Sequence record: DRR723986_4163 | DNA: 33,976 nucleotides | Strand: one strand, 5' to 3' | In this document: piece after piece, positions 10,647 to 19,864 of the stretch | Position numbering within the stretch: position 1 is the first letter of the stretch | Layout: every line of letters begins with the position of its first letter | The notes under the pieces: model-generated | The model's input: the letters and a program-made list of their open reading frames with translations, nothing else | What the model was told of the DNA's origin: nothing | Databases searched by the model: none | Translations under genes and position numbers: made by a program

Positions 10647-12509
10647 TTAGGGCAGCTGTTCAGCAATGCTATTGCGCAATTGCTCTAGCGATACCGGTTT
10701 GGAGAGGAAGGCGTTCATACCTGCATTTAAGCAGCGACGTTGGGTTTCTGGATCAGTGTTAGCCGTTAGGGCGATCACAGGGATGTGTTGGTGCAAGCGC
10801 CTGCGGAGCTGCAGAGTCGCTTCAAAACCGTCCATAATCGGCATTTGCAGATCCATTAAGATCACATCGGCGTGGTGTTGCTCCAATTGACTAATCGCTT
10901 CGGCGCCATTGTTAGCCGTAATGACGTCTGCCCCCCAACCTTCTAGGCTGCGAGCGACCAACAGCTGATTGACGGGGTTATCTTCAACCACCATTGCGGT
11001 TAGCCCAGAGAAACACTGCTCGTCATCCACTGTGTTTTCCTGCGCTTGTGCAGCCAGCTTGCGATAGCGCGTACGCCACACCACGGTGAAACTGGAGCCC
11101 TCACCGGGCTGGCTGCTCAGCTGGATGTCGGCCTTCATCAGCTCGCTCAGTCGCTTGACGATGGCCAGACCCAGCCCTGAGCCACCATAGCGGCGAACCG
11201 TGGAGTTATCGGCCTGGTGGAAGCTCTCAAATATATGGGCTTGTTGTTCTGGGGTAATGCCGATGCCGGTGTCGCTAACGCGCAGTGTTAATTGCAGGGT
11301 TTCTGCATCGACAGGCTGTTGCTCCAGACTGACATCGACCTTGCCCTGATGGGTGAATTTGACCGCATTGGCCGCGAGGTTGATAACGATCTGTCGCAGT
11401 CGGGTTTCATCGCCACGTATTTCGATACGGCGCAGAACGGGGTCGATATGGGTATTGAAAACGATGCCTTTACTTTGCGCATCCAGCTTCATGGGTTGAA
11501 GGATTTCACCCAGCAGAGACTGGGGTGGGAAGAAGCGCTCTTCGAGCTCCATATCGCCTTTTTCGATGCGCGAGTAGTCGAGGATATCGTTTACGATGTG
11601 GAGTAAATGCTCGCTGGAGCTTTTGGCAATATCCAGGTAGTGGCGTTGGGATTCATTCAGTTCGCTCTTGGCCAACAGCTGTAGCATGCCCAGTGCGCCA
11701 TTCATGGGCGTTCTGAGTTCGTGGGTCATGGTGGCCAGGAATAAGCTCTTGGCCATGCTGGCCTCTTCTGCCTTGCCTTTGGCGAGTTTTAGCTCTTCTA
11801 CATAGTCGCTGAGTTCGCGCTGCTGGGCTTCGATGGCGTCGGCCATGTCGTTGATGTGGCGCTGTAGTTCGCCGAGTTCACCACGCTCTAAGTGTTGGAT
11901 ACGGCTGCCGTGCTTGCCGCTGGCGATCTCTTGCGTGACGTGCTGGATTTCGCTGAGCGGTTGCGACAAACGGCGGCTGACGCGAAGGGCAAAGGCGGCG
12001 CCAAGAAGAATTGCCAGCAATGCAATACTGATGGATACGGCGATTATGCTGCGCTGCAATGCGTTGAGCCCGGCATTGGAGATATCCAGCTCCAGTCGCC
12101 CAAGAATATTGTTGATGGGCGGCAGCTGTTCACCGGTGATGGCGTCAGTTAGTGCGATGCTGCGCTGTTCCAGCAGGATACTGATGGTGTTGCCGGGCCC
12201 GTTAGCGGTGTTTCGGCTGACGCTAATGGGTTTGCTATCGCCAAAGCGATACACGCGTAAGGCGATGATATCGCCCTGCAGCGCCGACTTGAGAATGTCA
12301 TTGAGTTGTTGGTCGTTACCGCTAATCAGCGGCAGCTCGATCAGGGCCGCGACGTTTTCCGCAATGCGTTCACCCAGATCGATCTGATAGCGTTGAGCGT
12401 CGCTGAGTCGGGCGGCAAGTGAGTAGGAAAACAGGGCAATAAACAACACCAGCATCGGAGCCAGGCTGGCAATTAAAATCTGTTGAAAGAGGCTTCTTCG
12501 CGCGCGCAT
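10647..12509 (-). CDS. Membrane hybrid sensor histidine kinase (TM-periplasmic-TM-HAMP-HisKA-HATPase-REC)
   Basis: Two TM helices; [16 protein letters not shown]-box, [11 protein letters not shown]-box, DTGIGI G1, FESFHQAD F-box, GSGLGL G2; receiver motifs VVEDN / LMDLQMP / FLSKP. No HPt domain. Confidence 0.93.
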   Translation of the reverse strand: MRARRSLFQQILIASLAPMLVLFIALFSYSLAARLSDAQRYQIDLGERIAENVAALIELPLISGNDQQLNDILKSALQGDIIALRVYRFGDSKPISVSRNTANGPGNTISILLEQRSIALTDAITGEQLPPINNILGRLELDISNAGLNALQRSIIAVSISIALLAILLGAAFALRVSRRLSQPLSEIQHVTQEIASGKHGSRIQHLERGELGELQRHINDMADAIEAQQRELSDYVEELKLAKGKAEEASMAKSLFLATMTHELRTPMNGALGMLQLLAKSELNESQRHYLDIAKSSSEHLLHIVNDILDYSRIEKGDMELEERFFPPQSLLGEILQPMKLDAQSKGIVFNTHIDPVLRRIEIRGDETRLRQIVINLAANAVKFTHQGKVDVSLEQQPVDAETLQLTLRVSDTGIGITPEQQAHIFESFHQADNSTVRRYGGSGLGLAIVKRLSELMKADIQLSSQPGEGSSFTVVWRTRYRKLAAQAQENTVDDEQCFSGLTAMVVEDNPVNQLLVARSLEGWGADVITANNGAEAISQLEQHHADVILMDLQMPIMDGFEATLQLRRRLHQHIPVIALTANTDPETQRRCLNAGMNAFLSKPVSLEQLRNSIAEQLP

Positions 12510-13394
12510 TTACCGCCCCCTCAAGGTGTTGAGTAGGCTTTGCTCATCGTCGATAACCAGGCCCAGAGAATCGGCGACGTTGCGGTTGATGGTGACACTG
12601 TAGCGCTGTGGATAGCGCGCCATGGGCAGACGGCCGTGATCGCGGTAATGGTTGATCATTGCCTTTGCTTCAGCGGCGTAGTCGCTGGGCTTTGATACGA
12701 CAGACGCCAGCGCCCCCGCACTGACGAAACCGGCGTTGGGGCCAATAAGAAAGTTCTGGTGGCGATAGGTTGCCAGCAGTACGCCGCGGATGGTGGCGGC
12801 GTTGTAGAGATTTTGCTCGGGTGTTGCCAGCAGCACATCGCTGCGCTGGATTAAGCGGTTTAGCTTGCGCTGCGAGGCGGATCCGTCGGCCGGTATTTGT
12901 TCGCTATTAAATTGGTATTGAGGATATTGGTCGGTGAGCTGGTGGAGTTGTTGATGGTAACTGGGGCTTTCCCAGGCCATGGCAATGCGCGCCGGTTTGC
13001 CCTTGAGTATTGCGTCAATCAACTTTATTTGTCGTGCGATAGGTTGGTCTGAGTAGACGGCGCTGGCATTCTCGGCGCGATAGGGGCTAAAGCGCACACT
13101 GTTTGCATACAGCGCCAGTTTGGCCGGGTAGTGAGCGCTGTTGATCATTGGCAGCAGGCCGTCGGAGACAAGTAACAGCACATCTCCGGCCTGTGCTGGG
13201 TCTGGGAGTTCGTTGATGTAGACCTGTAATTGGTAGTCGCTCGGGCTGGCAATTTCGCTGGCAAGTTGCCGCAGGGAAGCGTTATCCACAGGGAGCACTA
13301 GGTCGACCTTTAAAGAGGGTTTATCACTGCCATACGCCGCCACTGCCAGGAGCAGTAATAGCGCGTATTGAAGTCCTTTAAGCAGTGTTTTCAA
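12510..13394 (-). CDS. Periplasmic ABC-type substrate-binding-like protein, with no permease or ATPase nearby
   Basis: Signal peptide MKTLLKGLQYALLLLLAVAAYG; TTG start with GAGGAAGG RBS. C-terminal FVSAGALAS...YSVTINRNVADSLGL resembles the ABC_sub_bind (PF04392)-like family, by recognition only. Confidence 0.7.
   Translation of the reverse strand: MKTLLKGLQYALLLLLAVAAYGSDKPSLKVDLVLPVDNASLRQLASEIASPSDYQLQVYINELPDPAQAGDVLLLVSDGLLPMINSAHYPAKLALYANSVRFSPYRAENASAVYSDQPIARQIKLIDAILKGKPARIAMAWESPSYHQQLHQLTDQYPQYQFNSEQIPADGSASQRKLNRLIQRSDVLLATPEQNLYNAATIRGVLLATYRHQNFLIGPNAGFVSAGALASVVSKPSDYAAEAKAMINHYRDHGRLPMARYPQRYSVTINRNVADSLGLVIDDEQSLLNTLRGR
13282..13290 (+). promoter_or_regulatory. Isolated perfect DnaA box inside a CDS
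   Basis: TTATCCACA at 13282-13290; function unproven. Confidence 0.35.
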
Positions 13395-13427
13395 GGATTC
13401 CTTCCTCGAGGTTGATATGCATCACGG

Positions 13428-15395
13428 CTAATAGCGCAGGCTCAGAGTGAATAGCTGCCGCAGTTCTTCACGGTAAAAGTTATCCGATAACAGTTCGCTG
13501 TTATCGTCATGCTGATATCGTGCCACGTAGGCTAACTGCACTTCGGTGCTGCGCAGATTCAGGGTGTGAGCCAGCCGTAAATCTGACCGTGAAAAGGTAT
13601 TTTTCCCCCGGCGACGTGTGTTTTGACTGTAGTAGCGGCTGAGTGAAAGTTGAGTATTGCTTAAAAATTTATAACTGAGCAGCGCGCTGAAATTATTGCT
13701 GGGAGTGAAGCTCTCCTCATTTTGGGTTGTGGTGTCGGAATTAATATAGGCGTAGCTGGCGTGGAAAAGCCAGTTGGGCGATGGGCGATAATCCAGCTCG
13801 GTTTCTATGCCTTGTTGGCGCAGGCGGTTGCTGTTCTCTGGGGAGAATTTATCCAGTGCGGTTGAGTCTGATACAAGGTTGCTTAGGTGGTCGCGGAACA
13901 GCTTTATATCCCACTGTAAGCCGATGTGTTGAAAGTTGGCGTAGTAGCCAATTTCGCGAGAGGAAATTTTCTCCGCGCGTAAATCTGGGTTCCCCGTAGC
14001 TTTAACAACGTACTCGCCGGTGGTTTGGCCATTGTGCGTGGGGGTGATGTTTTTAGCGCGATAGGTCCAATCGGCCGTGGTTTCCAATAAGTCGGGGCTG
14101 CGCACCGCTTCGGAGTAGACGGCGCGAAAACTGTGGTGATTGTTCAGGTGGTAGTGCAGTGAAAGCCTGGGCGAGAAATGGTCTTTGTTGTCGTTGCTGT
14201 CCCGTTCCCACGAGGCACCAACATTGCCCGTAACACGGTCGCTGATTCGGTATTCGGCATTGGCAAAGAGCTGGGTGCTATCGCTACGGCGGTTTCCATT
14301 GTAGTAGGTCTCGGAGCTAACGCGGTTGTGCTTAATGTGAATGCCAGCCACTGTTTTTAAGTCTGCTGACCACACCATGGTGTCCTGAAACTCAATGTCC
14401 TGGCGAGTTTGTCGGCTGTTTTCGTTGGCATCAACGCGCACCAGTGGTGAGGGATGGGTGGGCTGACCGATAAACGCCGGCGGCAGTACCGCCTGCCATT
14501 CTTTTTGCTGCTTTTGACCGGAGTAGTCAATGCGCAAGTGTTGATGGTGGTCTTTGCTTAAGTCCCAACTCATTTTGGCGGAAACAAAATGGTTGCGGTG
14601 ACGAGTATCGGGAGCGGTGATATCGATATCGGCAAAGTCGTCGCTTATCCACCCCTGTTTGTAGCCCATCGCCAAGCTGATATTGGCCTGGTCGAGGGCC
14701 TTTTCATAGCGCAGGTTGAGTGTGTCGCTATTATCGCTGTCGCGGCGGTCTTCACCGTCGCGGTTGACTTCAAAACCATCATCGCGACGGCTTTGTAGGC
14801 TCAATCGGTACTTACCGCCCTCGAAGCTACCGGCGTGGCTGAGCAGGTAGTCCTCGACCTGATTATCACCTTTGCGGGCTTGTAGGTAGAGTTTGTCGGC
14901 ATCGTCGGGGTGACGGGTAATAATATTGATGACGCCCAAAAACGCATTGGCGCCGTAACTTGCCGTGGAGGGGCCCCGGACGACTTCGATACGTTCGATG
15001 TCTTCAATTGCCAGGGGAATATCGTTCCAGTTTACCGTTGCCAGGCCTGCTTGGTAGATGCTGCGTCCATCTACCAGCACCTGCATGCGCCGCGAGTCGC
15101 GATAATTTGTGCCGTGGTAGCTGACCACGTGGTTCCAGCCGTCGCGTGCGCCGACTGATGTGCCGGGTATCAGTCGGAATAATTCGGGGATACGGCGTAT
15201 TCCCGATGCGATGATCATTTGACGGTCGATCACACTGACACTGGCGGGAACCTCGCTGCGGCTTTGTTTCAGGCGGGCTGGTGTAAGCACAACGGGAAGT
15301 GCCTCGTTATCCCACAACTGGGCATGGCTGGGTAGGGTGGCGGCGCTGCTAGCGACCAGTAGTAATAATAGAGAGTGGCGGGTAGCGTCAGCCAT
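13428..15395 (-). CDS. TonB-dependent outer membrane receptor
   Basis: Signal peptide ending SHA; plug motifs ELFRLIPG, QVLVDGRSIY, IERIEVVRGPSTASYGANAFLGVINIITR; GNPDLRAEK; C-terminal beta strand FTLSLRY. Confidence 0.93.
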   Translation of the reverse strand: MADATRHSLLLLLVASSAATLPSHAQLWDNEALPVVLTPARLKQSRSEVPASVSVIDRQMIIASGIRRIPELFRLIPGTSVGARDGWNHVVSYHGTNYRDSRRMQVLVDGRSIYQAGLATVNWNDIPLAIEDIERIEVVRGPSTASYGANAFLGVINIITRHPDDADKLYLQARKGDNQVEDYLLSHAGSFEGGKYRLSLQSRRDDGFEVNRDGEDRRDSDNSDTLNLRYEKALDQANISLAMGYKQGWISDDFADIDITAPDTRHRNHFVSAKMSWDLSKDHHQHLRIDYSGQKQQKEWQAVLPPAFIGQPTHPSPLVRVDANENSRQTRQDIEFQDTMVWSADLKTVAGIHIKHNRVSSETYYNGNRRSDSTQLFANAEYRISDRVTGNVGASWERDSNDNKDHFSPRLSLHYHLNNHHSFRAVYSEAVRSPDLLETTADWTYRAKNITPTHNGQTTGEYVVKATGNPDLRAEKISSREIGYYANFQHIGLQWDIKLFRDHLSNLVSDSTALDKFSPENSNRLRQQGIETELDYRPSPNWLFHASYAYINSDTTTQNEESFTPSNNFSALLSYKFLSNTQLSLSRYYSQNTRRRGKNTFSRSDLRLAHTLNLRSTEVQLAYVARYQHDDNSELLSDNFYREELRQLFTLSLRY

Positions 15396-15507
15396 AGAGA
15401 CTTCCTTGTGGCGGAAAATTTTAACGGTAGTAACTTACGATAAGTGTAGCTGGGGTCTCACATCTATGTCGCAAATTGTACTGCGCATGAAGTGATAATA
15501 GGGATAG

Positions 15508-16863
15508 CTATTTTCCGATACAAAAACTGGAAAAGATGCGGCCTAACAGATCGTCGGATGTGAAGGCACCGGTGATTTCTGACAGGCTTTGCTGGGCGAG
15601 GCGGAGCTCTTCGGCGAGCAATTCGCCGGCATTGTAGTGGTGGAGCTGGTGTTCGCCTTGCAGGAGGTGCTCGCGGGCAGTATTCAGTGCTTCAATATGC
15701 CGCCGCCGGGCAATAAACGGGCTGTCGCCGTCTTCAAAGCCAACGCAGCGTTTGAGGTGGTTGCGCAGCAGGTCGATGCCCTGCTCTGCCTTGGCACTGA
15801 GGTAGAGCGTGGGCAGCTCGCCTTGCGTGTCCTCGCGCACCGTTTCGCCACTTAAATCACATTTATTGAATATCAGGCTGAGCTTGCCGGCATTGGCGTG
15901 CTCGGCGAAGGTATCGGGTATATCGGCGTGGCGCTGTTGGTGGCTATCGACGATTAGCAGTACGCGGTCCGCTTTGTCGATTTCCTGCCAGGCTCGGCGA
16001 ATGCCCTCCTGTTCCACCGGGTCATCGCTGTCGCGCAGACCGGCGGTATCAATAATGTGCAGCGGCATGCCGTCAATCAGAATGTTTTCGCGCAGTATGT
16101 CCCGCGTGGTGCCGGCAATGTCAGTAACGATGGCAGACTCTCGCCCGGCCAGGGCGTTCAGCAAGCTGGATTTACCTGCATTGGGTTTCCCGGCAATAAC
16201 AACGGTCATACCGTCGCGAAGCAAACTGCCTTGCTGGGCGGCGTTGCTGACGTGTTGAAGCTGTTGTTTGATGGCGCTCAAGTCGTCGGCGACGCGGCTG
16301 TCGCTGATGAAGTCGATTTCTTCTTCCGGAAAGTCTATCGCCGCTTCGACATAGATCCGCAATACGGTGACCGCTTCGACCAGCTGGTCTATCTCGCGAC
16401 TAAAGGCGCCGTCAAGTGAACGCATCGCCTGGCGAGCGGCCTGCTCTGAGGCGCTATCGATCAGGTCGGCGATGGCTTCAGCTTGGGCGAGATCGATTTT
16501 GTTGTTCAGAAATGCGCGCTCGGAGAACTCGCCAGGACGTGCCATGCGAGCACCGGCACGCAGGCAGGCCTTGAGAAGGCGGTCCATAATTACCGGGCCA
16601 CCGTGACCCTGCAGTTCCAGAACATCTTCGCCGGTAAAGGAGTTGGGGCCAGGGAAAAACAACGCCAGCCCCTGGTCGATAACATCCGTTTCGTTGTCGA
16701 TAATCTCGCGAAAATGGGCGAAGTGGGCACGCCGTGGTTGCGGGCTGCGATCCATCAGCGCAGCGGCAATGGCCAGGCTTTTACTGCCCGAAATGCGGAT
16801 GATACCAACGCCGCCTTTGCCGGGCGGCGTGGCAATGGCGGCGATGGTGTCTTGCTGGCTCAT
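15508..16863 (-). CDS. mnmE: tRNA modification GTPase MnmE (TrmE)
   Basis: [41 protein letters not shown], terminal FCIGK. Confidence 0.99.
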   Translation of the reverse strand: MSQQDTIAAIATPPGKGGVGIIRISGSKSLAIAAALMDRSPQPRRAHFAHFREIIDNETDVIDQGLALFFPGPNSFTGEDVLELQGHGGPVIMDRLLKACLRAGARMARPGEFSERAFLNNKIDLAQAEAIADLIDSASEQAARQAMRSLDGAFSREIDQLVEAVTVLRIYVEAAIDFPEEEIDFISDSRVADDLSAIKQQLQHVSNAAQQGSLLRDGMTVVIAGKPNAGKSSLLNALAGRESAIVTDIAGTTRDILRENILIDGMPLHIIDTAGLRDSDDPVEQEGIRRAWQEIDKADRVLLIVDSHQQRHADIPDTFAEHANAGKLSLIFNKCDLSGETVREDTQGELPTLYLSAKAEQGIDLLRNHLKRCVGFEDGDSPFIARRRHIEALNTAREHLLQGEHQLHHYNAGELLAEELRLAQQSLSEITGAFTSDDLLGRIFSSFCIGK

Positions 16864-16866
16864 GGC

Positions 16867-18555
16867 TTAACGGGACGGCAAGCCAGCTTTTTCGATGCGC
16901 TTGGTAATAATGTACTGCTGAATAATCGACAGGGTGTTGTTGACCACCCAGTACAGTACCAAGCCCGCGGGGAAGAACAGGAAGAAGAAGGTGAAGACAA
17001 TGGGCATCCACTGCATGATTTTCGCCTGCATAGGATCTGCCGGTGGCGGGTTCAGCTTTTGCTGAATGAACATCGACGCACCCATAATCAGCGGCAAGAC
17101 AAAATAGGGGTCCATTGCTGACAGGTCATTAATCCACAGCATAAAGGGTGCGTGGCGCAGCTCAACACTTTCCATCAGCACCCAGTAGAGGGCGATAAAT
17201 ACCGGCATTTGCACCAGCATGGGCAGGCAGCCGCCGACGGGGTTAATTTTTTCTTTCTTGTACAGCTCCATCATCGCCTGGGACTGTTTTTGACGGTCGT
17301 CGGCGTAGCGCTCGCGCAGTTCCATCAGTTTAGGCTGCACCTTGCGCATATTCGCCATGGAGGTGAAGGCCTTGGCATTGAGCTGGAAGAAGGCGGCTTT
17401 TACCAACACGGTAACGCCGATAATCGCCCAACCCCAGTTGCCAAAGACACTGTAGAGTTTGGTCAGCAGCCAGAACAAGGGTTGCGCTATCCACCACAGC
17501 CAGCCGTAATCGACGGTGAGTTCCAGACCAGGAGAGATTTCCTCTAAACGGTACTGGTCTTTAGGGCCGATATAGATCGCCGCGCTCAAGGTGCCCTGTT
17601 CACCGGCAGCAACCGTTTGCGACGGCGAGGTGAAGCGAACAATATTTAAGCCCTGGCGCGTAACAACGGTTTTAAAACTGTTGTTGGCAGATTGGTCGGG
17701 CACCCAGGCGCTAAGGAAGTAGTGTTGGATTATGGCGACCCAGCCACCTTCCATTTGCTCGTTGAGTGGCTTTTCTTTCAGCTTGTGGAAGGCCAGTTTG
17801 TTGTAGGGGTCTTCGCTGCTGGAATAGGCGACACCCATAAAGGGTTTCATGGCGAACAGGCCGTCGTCGCTGACACCGGGGTCGACACTGTTGTCGCGCT
17901 TCAGCTGGCCAAACAGTGAGGCACTAAACGCTTCACTAGAGCGGTTTTCAACAAGGTAGTCGAGTTTTACCAGATAATCGCCACGCTGCAGGGTGTAGCG
18001 TTTGGTGATAAGAATGTCGTCGCTGTATTGATAGCGCAGATTCGCGGAAACACTGTCCTGACCTTCTTCCAAGGAGAAGCTCTCAAGGCTGGCCCTAAAC
18101 ATGGGTCGGCCCTGCGCCGTGTCGGTGGCGTTTTTACCGATTAAGCCACTCTGGGCCACATAGCTGCGACGCTGGTTGTTTTCCAGCAGTACGAAGGCTT
18201 CTTCTTCCTCGATGCTGTCGCGGTGCTCCAAGGTTGCGGCATAGACAATGTCGCCGCCCTGTAGATCGATTTTCAGGTCCAGAACATCGTTACGAATATG
18301 GATGTAGCGGCTGTCTACGCCCTTATCGGCGAAGTCTTCAACGCTGTTGTCGACATTGTCGGCGGTGGGTAAATCGTCACTGCCAGCGTCGTTGGTGGGT
18401 AGAGAAACGTCGGCGTTGGCCGGTTGCTCAGCCAGTGCAGCGGCCGCGGCCAGCGGAGCAGTGTTGCCGCCATCAAAGTTTTTCCATTCAACCAGCAGCA
18501 TAAATGAGAGCGCGGCGATGGCGGCGATAAGTAGGTAGCGCTGAATATCGATCAT
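16867..18555 (-). CDS. yidC: Membrane protein insertase YidC
   Basis: N-terminal TM plus large periplasmic domain; [45 protein letters not shown]. Confidence 0.98.
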   Translation of the reverse strand: MIDIQRYLLIAAIAALSFMLLVEWKNFDGGNTAPLAAAAALAEQPANADVSLPTNDAGSDDLPTADNVDNSVEDFADKGVDSRYIHIRNDVLDLKIDLQGGDIVYAATLEHRDSIEEEEAFVLLENNQRRSYVAQSGLIGKNATDTAQGRPMFRASLESFSLEEGQDSVSANLRYQYSDDILITKRYTLQRGDYLVKLDYLVENRSSEAFSASLFGQLKRDNSVDPGVSDDGLFAMKPFMGVAYSSSEDPYNKLAFHKLKEKPLNEQMEGGWVAIIQHYFLSAWVPDQSANNSFKTVVTRQGLNIVRFTSPSQTVAAGEQGTLSAAIYIGPKDQYRLEEISPGLELTVDYGWLWWIAQPLFWLLTKLYSVFGNWGWAIIGVTVLVKAAFFQLNAKAFTSMANMRKVQPKLMELRERYADDRQKQSQAMMELYKKEKINPVGGCLPMLVQMPVFIALYWVLMESVELRHAPFMLWINDLSAMDPYFVLPLIMGASMFIQQKLNPPPADPMQAKIMQWMPIVFTFFFLFFPAGLVLYWVVNNTLSIIQQYIITKRIEKAGLPSR

Positions 18556-18812
18556 TGCTTAATAGCCTTGATTGAGTTGTTTTCGTTTTGGCAGTGATGG
18601 CAGGGTGGAACGGGGTCGTAGCCGCCGGGATTTAACGGGTGGCAGCGACCGATGCGGCGCAGGGCAAGCCAGCTGCCACGCAGGGCACCGTGCTCGCGGA
18701 TCGCGTCGATAGCGTAATGGGAACAGCTGGGATAGAAACGGCAATGTGGTGCCATCAGCGGACTGATGCACAGGCGGTAAAACTTGATGCAGGCAATAAG
18801 TAGGCGCTGCAA
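18552..18812 (-). CDS. yidD: Membrane protein insertion efficiency factor YidD
   Basis: [31 protein letters not shown] overlap with yidC. Confidence 0.96.
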   Translation of the reverse strand: MQRLLIACIKFYRLCISPLMAPHCRFYPSCSHYAIDAIREHGALRGSWLALRRIGRCHPLNPGGYDPVPPCHHCQNENNSIKAIKQ

Positions 18813-18815
18813 GGT

Positions 18816-19193
18816 TTAACCCTCTTGCTTGCGCAGTTGCTTCTCGGCGCGCTTTTCTAACTGTCGCCACAACTGTTTGCAGGTTCTATGCAAAGTGGGA
18901 TTGTCGAGCTTGTCGACGCCCTTTCGAGCCAGCACGATAACATCGATACCCGGCAATCGCGACTGCTGCATTCTGAAACTCTCTCGAACGATGCGTTTCA
19001 GGCGATTTCGCTGTGCGGCTAAGCGTACGTTCTTCTTGGCAACAACAAGGCCAAGCCGGGGATGGTCAAGGCCGTTGGCATTCGCTAGAAATAATAATTC
19101 GGCGGTAGAGACCTTCAGACGAGATTGGTCGAATACAGCCTGGTAGTCGCCGGCATTGAGTAGACGCAGTGATTTATCAAAGCCGAATTCCAC
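18816..19193 (-). CDS. rnpA: Ribonuclease P protein component
   Basis: RLGLVVAKKNVRLAAQRNRLKRIVRESFR (RNR motif). Confidence 0.97.
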   Translation of the reverse strand: MEFGFDKSLRLLNAGDYQAVFDQSRLKVSTAELLFLANANGLDHPRLGLVVAKKNVRLAAQRNRLKRIVRESFRMQQSRLPGIDVIVLARKGVDKLDNPTLHRTCKQLWRQLEKRAEKQLRKQEG

Positions 19194-19224
19194 TGCAATA
19201 CCGGTACCTTAATCTAGCGCTTAA

Positions 19225-19359
19225 TTATGCAGACAGAACAGCACGGCCTTTAGCGCGACGACGGTTCAATACTTTGCGGCCGTTCTTGGTTGCCATGCGA
19301 GCACGGAAACCGTGAGTGCGGGCGCGTTTCAGGTTGCTTGGTTGAAAAGTTCTTTTCAT
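19225..19359 (-). CDS. rpmH: 50S ribosomal protein L34
   Basis: Below the ORF-track cutoff. Manual translation: [44 protein letters not shown] (44 aa). Confidence 0.98.
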   Translation of the reverse strand: MKRTFQPSNLKRARTHGFRARMATKNGRKVLNRRRAKGRAVLSA

Positions 19360-19447
19360 GATCTTGTCCGTTCACAGTGTCGTTATACGACGAGTTCTTT
19401 GTCTCCTGCCGGAATAAGTGGCTGGAGCACGAAAAATCGGATCGCGA

Positions 19448-19476
19448 ATTTTAGTGGACGGCACCGCTAATAGCAA
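19448..19476 (-). promoter_or_regulatory. Sigma70 promoter of the rpmH operon
   Basis: TTGCTA (19476-19471), 17 bp spacer, TAAAAT (19453-19448), then TCGCG. Confidence 0.7.
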
Positions 19477-19574
19477 TGCCTGTAAGGGGTTTATTTGCCA
19501 AGCCTCTCACCGGCTTCGTTATCGGAATTTCCGGCTGGTTGAGGGTCTTCGCTAGATGTTTTCGATGATAACAC

Positions 19575-19730
19575 CCTATTGACAAGTTATTCACATCTTG
19601 ATCCCGGGGTTATCCACATGTTGTTCTGTTTTATCCATAGAGTCTTATTGTTTATTGTTATATATCATTGAAATTTAGGTATTTTTTAACGGTTCGCGAT
19701 TGTTGATAAAGTCGCGTAGGTGTGGATAAG
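19575..19730. other. oriC-like element 2 (rpmH-dnaA intergenic): DnaA boxes flanking an AT-rich tract
   Basis: TTATTCACA 19587-19595, TTATCCACA 19610-19618, TTATCCATA 19631-19639; AT-rich 19645-19690; TGTTGATAA 19701-19709, TGTGGATAA 19721-19729. Confidence 0.85.
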
Positions 19731-19751
19731 TTTGGGTTGAAGGCGTAGAAT
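19721..19751 (+). promoter_or_regulatory. dnaA promoter whose -35 overlaps a DnaA box
   Basis: TGGATA (19723-19728, inside TGTGGATAA), 17 bp spacer, TAGAAT (19746-19751). Confidence 0.65.
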
Positions 19752-19864
19752 GTCCAGCCTGTTTATAGGTTTAGCTGGGTTTTACCTCGTTTACGCGGCG
19801 CCTTTGTTGTGGTTGTAAGGCTGGCGTTCGCTGGGCGGGTATTTTTGGTTTTGGGAGTGTTATT

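Noticed and set aside
15307-15316. TTATCCCACA as a DnaA box
   Set aside because: An extra C breaks the 9-mer; isolated and inside a CDS.
10647-15395. Mobile element or genomic island carrying the three-gene block
   Set aside because: No integrase, transposase, tRNA target or flanking repeats seen; composition looks similar to neighbours by eye.
15494-15512. Fur box upstream of the TonB-dependent receptor
   Set aside because: GATAATAGGGATAGCTATT matches only 11 of 19 consensus positions by my count.
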